Assembly (NCBI GenBank): GCA_963701105.1
Contig: OY969565.1
Span: 886,998-950,997 of the forward strand
Reading direction: 5' to 3'
Length of the DNA stretch: 64,000 bases
DNA from: an uncultured Actinomycetota bacterium
Lineage (GTDB): Bacteria > Actinomycetota > Thermoleophilia > RBG-16-64-13
Positions within the stretch are counted from its first letter, which is position 1; every line of letters begins with the position of its first letter. Positions 60,389 to 64,000 of the stretch are shown piece by piece. The notes beneath the pieces were generated by a model. The model saw only the letters and a list, made by a program, of their open reading frames with translations. It did no database searches and was not told the DNA's origin. Both the position numbers and the translations under genes were made by a program.

Positions 60389-63073
60389 TCAGCGCACCAC
60401 CAGGTTCACCAGCTTACCCGGCACGACGATCTCCTTCACGATGGTGGCGTTCTCCAGGTACTTCTGCAGTCCGGGCAGGGCCTTCACCGCCGCGAGCACC
60501 TCGGTCTTCTCGGCATCGATGTCCACGGTCACGCGGTCGCGCAGCTTCCCGTTGACCTGGACCGCCAGCTCCACCGTCTCGTGCGTCAGGAAACGCTCGT
60601 CGGCGGTGGGCCAGGCGACGTCCCAGATGTTCTCTCGGCCCATCATCTCCCACAGTTCCGCCCCCATGTGCGGCGCGAAGGGTTCCAGCAGGCGCACGAG
60701 CGTCTCGACCGCCTCGGCCAGGACCCGCCGTCCCTCCGGCGAGGCGGTCGGTCCGGCTCCGTCGCCGCTCCCCGCAGTTCGCGCCGCCGAGATCTCGTTG
60801 TTGAGCTCCATGATGGCGGAAAGCGCGGTGTTGAAGTGGAAGCGGTCTTCGATGTCGCCGGTGACCTTGTCGATCACCTGGTTGGTCTTGACCAGCAGCG
60901 ACCGGGCCTCGGGCCCGAGTGCCTCCGGATCCGCGATGGGAAGGGTGGCCGTGGTGAGCAGCCCTGCCTCGATGGCCTCCGTCACCTGGCGCCACACCCG
61001 GTTCAGGAATCGGTTGATGCCCTCGATGCCCTGGTCGTTCCACTCCACGTCGCTCTCGCCCGGACCCATGAACATGATGTAGGCGCGCAGTGAGTCCGCG
61101 CCATACGTCGCCACGTGTTCGTCGGGATTCACCACGTTGCCCTTGCTCTTGGACATCTTGGCGCCCTTGTAGTAGATCATCCCCTGGGTGAAGAGTCGCT
61201 TGAAAGGCTCCTCGAAGCTCACCAGCCCCAAGTCGTAAAGGACCTTGGTGAAGAACCGGGAGTACATCAGGTGAAGGATGGCGTGCTCCACTCCACCGAT
61301 GTACTGATCCACCGGGAGCCAGTAATCCACTGCGGCCCGGTCGAAGGCCACGTCGTCCCGCCAGGGTGAGGCGTAGCGCAGGTAGTACCACGACGAATCG
61401 ACGAAGGTGTCCATCGTGTCCGGGTCGCGGCGGGCGGGCCCGCCGCAGGTGGGACAGGTCGTGTTGATCCAGTGTTCCGCGGCGGCCAGGGGCGACTTGC
61501 CTTTCGGCGCGTAGTCGCTCACATCGGGCAGGAGAACCGGCAACTGGTCCTCGGGGACCGCCATCTCGCCGCACTCGTCGCAGTAGACGATGGGGATGGG
61601 GCAACCCCAGTACCGTTGCCGCGAAAGCAGCCAATCGCGCAGCTTGTAGTTGACGGCGGCTTTGGCCTTGCCCTTCTGCTCCAACCACTCGGTCACCTTG
61701 AGGATGGCTTCGGCTTTGGGAAGACCGTCGAACTCCCCGCTGTTCACGAGAACACCGTCTCCGGCGTAGGGTGCGGTGAGTTCCCCGTCGGCGTCTTTGA
61801 GGTCGTCCGGACTGCCGATGACTTCCACCACCGGGAGGTCGAAGGCGCGGGCGAACTCGAAGTCGCGCTCGTCGTGGGCCGGGACCGCCATGATGGCCCC
61901 GGTGCCGTACTCCATGAGCACGTAGTCGGCCACCCAAATGGGGATGAGTTCGCCGTTCACCGGGTTGATCGCGTGACGGCCGGTGAAGACCCCGGTCTTC
62001 TCCTTCTCGCTGCCGGCGCGCTCGATGGACGAGGTGGCCATGGCCTGCGCCACGTAGCGCTTGACCTCCGCCTCCTGCGGGGTGCCGCGCACCAGATCTT
62101 CCACCAACGGGTGCTCGGGCGCCAAGATGAAGAAGGTGGCGCCGAAGAGCGTGTCGGGACGGGTAGTGAAGACCACGATCTCCCGCCCGGCGACGGAGTC
62201 GCCGGCGGTCGGTTGCGGAGCGTCCGGATCAGCGGCGGCCGGTTGCGGTGCGGCCGGATCGCCGGCCGTCGACTGCGGTGCGGCCGGATCGGCGGCGGGC
62301 CCATCTTCCCCGGGACCGCCCGCAGTCTCCTGCCGCGGAGCCACGACGAACACCACCTCGGCTCCTTCGGAGCGCCCGATCCAGTTCCGCTGCATGGTGA
62401 TCACCCGCTCCGGCCACGACTCGAGCTTGTCGAAATCGTCGAGCAGGCGCTCGGCGTAGTCGGTGATGCGGAAGAACCACTGCCGCAACTTCTTCGCTTC
62501 CACCACCGAGTCGCATCGCTCGCAGCGACCCTGGATCACCTGTTCATTGGCCAGCACGGTTTGACACGAGGGGCACCAGTTCACCGGCGCTTCCTTCTTG
62601 AACGCCAGTCCCTTGTTGTAGAACTGGATGAAGAGCCACTGGGTCCACTTGTAGTAGTCGGGTCGGCAGGTGGCCAACTCCCGGCTCCAATCGATGGACA
62701 CGCCGAGACGCCGCAGTTGCCTGTTGATCGTGGAGATAGCGCGTTCGGTGAACTGGGCCGGATGCTCGCCCGTCTGGATGGCGACGTTCTCGGAGTTCAA
62801 CCCGAACGCGTCGTAGCCCATGGGGTGCAGCACCCGCTGACCCTGGTGGCGGCGGAAGCGGGCGATCACGTCGCCCATGGTGTAGTTCTTCACGTGACCC
62901 ATGTGGGCGCTGCCCGAAGGATAGGGGAACATCTCGAGCACGTAGGTCGATCCCGGACCCTTGCCCGACGCCACCTCCTCGTCGGTAGGATTGGGGATGA
63001 CGAAGGTCTGTTCCCTATCCCAGACTTCCTGCCACTTGGTCTCGATGGCCTCTGGGTCGTACGGTACCGGCAT
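60389..63073 (-). CDS. leuS: Leucine--tRNA ligase
   Basis: ORF 60389..63169. Start set at MPVPYDPEAIETKWQEVW (ATG 63073). Contains a HIGH-type motif (PYPSGSAHMGH), the KMSKS motif, and the CP1 editing domain. Confidence 0.95.
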   Translation of the reverse strand: MPVPYDPEAIETKWQEVWDREQTFVIPNPTDEEVASGKGPGSTYVLEMFPYPSGSAHMGHVKNYTMGDVIARFRRHQGQRVLHPMGYDAFGLNSENVAIQTGEHPAQFTERAISTINRQLRRLGVSIDWSRELATCRPDYYKWTQWLFIQFYNKGLAFKKEAPVNWCPSCQTVLANEQVIQGRCERCDSVVEAKKLRQWFFRITDYAERLLDDFDKLESWPERVITMQRNWIGRSEGAEVVFVVAPRQETAGGPGEDGPAADPAAPQSTAGDPAAPQPAAADPDAPQPTAGDSVAGREIVVFTTRPDTLFGATFFILAPEHPLVEDLVRGTPQEAEVKRYVAQAMATSSIERAGSEKEKTGVFTGRHAINPVNGELIPIWVADYVLMEYGTGAIMAVPAHDERDFEFARAFDLPVVEVIGSPDDLKDADGELTAPYAGDGVLVNSGEFDGLPKAEAILKVTEWLEQKGKAKAAVNYKLRDWLLSRQRYWGCPIPIVYCDECGEMAVPEDQLPVLLPDVSDYAPKGKSPLAAAEHWINTTCPTCGGPARRDPDTMDTFVDSSWYYLRYASPWRDDVAFDRAAVDYWLPVDQYIGGVEHAILHLMYSRFFTKVLYDLGLVSFEEPFKRLFTQGMIYYKGAKMSKSKGNVVNPDEHVATYGADSLRAYIMFMGPGESDVEWNDQGIEGINRFLNRVWRQVTEAIEAGLLTTATLPIADPEALGPEARSLLVKTNQVIDKVTGDIEDRFHFNTALSAIMELNNEISAARTAGSGDGAGPTASPEGRRVLAEAVETLVRLLEPFAPHMGAELWEMMGRENIWDVAWPTADERFLTHETVELAVQVNGKLRDRVTVDIDAEKTEVLAAVKALPGLQKYLENATIVKEIVVPGKLVNLVVR
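62201..62290. repeat. 30-bp tandem repeat x3 inside leuS (encodes (A/G)DP(A/D)APQ(S/P)(T/A)A x3)
   Basis: Units at 62201, 62231 and 62261, read from the sequence. They lie just N-terminal to the TTRPDTLFGATF motif of the editing domain. Confidence 0.85.
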
Positions 63074-63175
63074 GGGTTCGTGTTCCTTTCGCGCGCTCAG
63101 CCTGGCCTTGCTGTCCCGGACACTCCGGTGGCGCCCGGGTGCCGGTGACACTCGCTCCGGCCGGGCCAAGGCCCT

Positions 63176-63204
63176 ATTCTAGTGGCTTCGGGCGCCCGCG
63201 CCAA
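63176..63204 (-). promoter_or_regulatory. Candidate sigma70-type promoter for leuS (TTGGCG-N17-TAGAAT)
   Basis: Minus-strand match with exact 17-nt spacing, about 100 nt upstream of the leuS ATG. Confidence 0.3.
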
Positions 63205-63423
63205 ACCTCAGCCACAGGAGAGCCTCGACGGCAGGACTCGCACCCGCGGCGAAGAACTCAGCCGCATCGCCGAAAGAGATCCTGGAGTGGCCAAGAGAAG
63301 GGACGGGTAAGGTGCTGGAAACGGAAGACGGGCGGTATGTCGAGGGAAACTGAGAGAGCGATCGGAGCACAGGTCGGCGATGCCGTTCCTTGCCGGAGAC
63401 CCCACACGGGGATCTCAGCCGCC

Positions 63424-63510
63424 TCAGCCCCCTCCCCCGCCCCGCTTCAAGAACCAGGCGAGGTAGCCGAAGACCGCCACCACTATCAGTACATCCGCGA
63501 CGCTACCCAC
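63424..63510 (-). CDS. Possible 28-aa single-TM mini-protein (KdpF-like pattern)
   Basis: GGAGAGGAG lies 4 nt before the GTG. Sequence is MGSVADVLIVVAVFGYLAWFLKRGGGGG. Not in the ORF track because it is too short. No kdp genes are adjacent. Confidence 0.25.
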   Translation of the reverse strand: MGSVADVLIVVAVFGYLAWFLKRGGGGG

Positions 63511-63616
63511 GTGACTCCTCTCCGTCTAATACCCGCACGGGTATAGTAGCAGAATCCGGACCAGGCCCGACTCCCGCCAGAATCAGTCGTCGCCGACAGC
63601 GAAGGAGTCCCGGCCG

Positions 63617-64000
63617 ATGACAACCGAAGGCCTCATCCTCAGGATCCTCCTCTCCGCGGTCCTCGGCGGGGCCATAGGGTTGGAGCGGGAACTCCGCGAC
63701 CGGGCGGCCGGCTTCCGCACCCACATACTGGTCGCGGTAGGTGCCGCCGCCTTCACGATCGCTTCGGTCCACGGCTTCGATTCGTTCATCGCGGACACCG
63801 CCGCGAGCAACGTGCGCGTGGACCCCGGACGCATCGCGGCCCAAGTGGTGAGTGGGATCGGCTTCCTCGGGGCCGGCGCCATCATCCGTCACGGCGTATC
63901 CGTCCGTGGGTTGACGACCGCCGCCAGTCTGTGGGCGGCCGCAGCGGTGGGCCTGGCGGCCGGCCTCGGGCTCTACCCGTTGGCGCTCGTCACCTCCGTG
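63617..64000 (+). CDS. mgtC: MgtC/SapB-family membrane protein (3' end beyond window)
   Basis: ATG 63617 follows GAAGGAG. MTTEGLILRILLSAVLGGAIGLERE ... GIGFLGAG is typical of the MgtC N-terminal domain. The frame is still open at the window end. Confidence 0.85.
   Translation, partial: MTTEGLILRILLSAVLGGAIGLERELRDRAAGFRTHILVAVGAAAFTIASVHGFDSFIADTAASNVRVDPGRIAAQVVSGIGFLGAGAIIRHGVSVRGLTTAASLWAAAAVGLAAGLGLYPLALVTSV

Noticed and set aside
63074-63175. Possible T-box leader upstream of leuS.
   Set aside because: The leader is only ~100 nt, and GGGCGCCACCGGAG does not match the T-box consensus (GGGUGGUACCGCG). No specifier or terminator architecture is evident.
63420-63460. C-rich run (AGCCCCCTCCCCCGCCCCGC), considered as a 6C-type sRNA loop.
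   Set aside because: The C runs are not placed in hairpin loops. The adjacent hairpin has an ACAC loop. The run is more simply the Gly5 tail of the possible minus-strand mini-ORF.

Overview
High-GC (roughly 65-70% by eye) chromosomal segment, densely packed and mostly on the minus strand. The housekeeping synteny is typical of Gram-positive / Actinomycetota-like genomes: leuS | comEA-comEC-holA | rpsT | murJ | lepA-(two small membrane ORFs)-hemW-hrcA-dnaJ-prmA | rnr-smpB ... ssrA (tmRNA). Also present: pilT; three peptidoglycan hydrolases (NlpC/P60, CwlM-like amidase, M23); a 2-oxoacid dehydrogenase E1a/E1b/E2 operon; futalosine genes mqnB/mqnD; rubrerythrin; a DEAD-box helicase; an ABC-F ATPase; and an acetyl-CoA node (AMP-forming Acs, ADP-forming ACS, an AcuC-like deacetylase, and a CoA-transferase::Pat-type GNAT fusion). 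I saw no rRNA, tRNA, CRISPR array, transposase or integrase. Main points for a second look: (1) a CoA-transferase::Pat-like GNAT gene directly downstream of acs, a candidate non-canonical acetylation switch. (2) A ~2 kb islet with two toxin-antitoxin-like pairs inserted between smpB and ssrA. (3) Three clear single-nucleotide frame breaks in conserved genes (dnaJ, which reads through into prmA; murJ; acs), plus an NlpC/P60 gene with no canonical start. Together these look more like assembly indels than biology. (4) Coding tandem repeats at the hemW junction, in leuS and in a Met-rich secreted protein. (5) A YHS::LOG-like fusion translationally coupled to a beta-CASP RNase. No clearly novel multi-gene system can be demonstrated from sequence alone. 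All functional calls rest on motif recognition by eye, without database searches.
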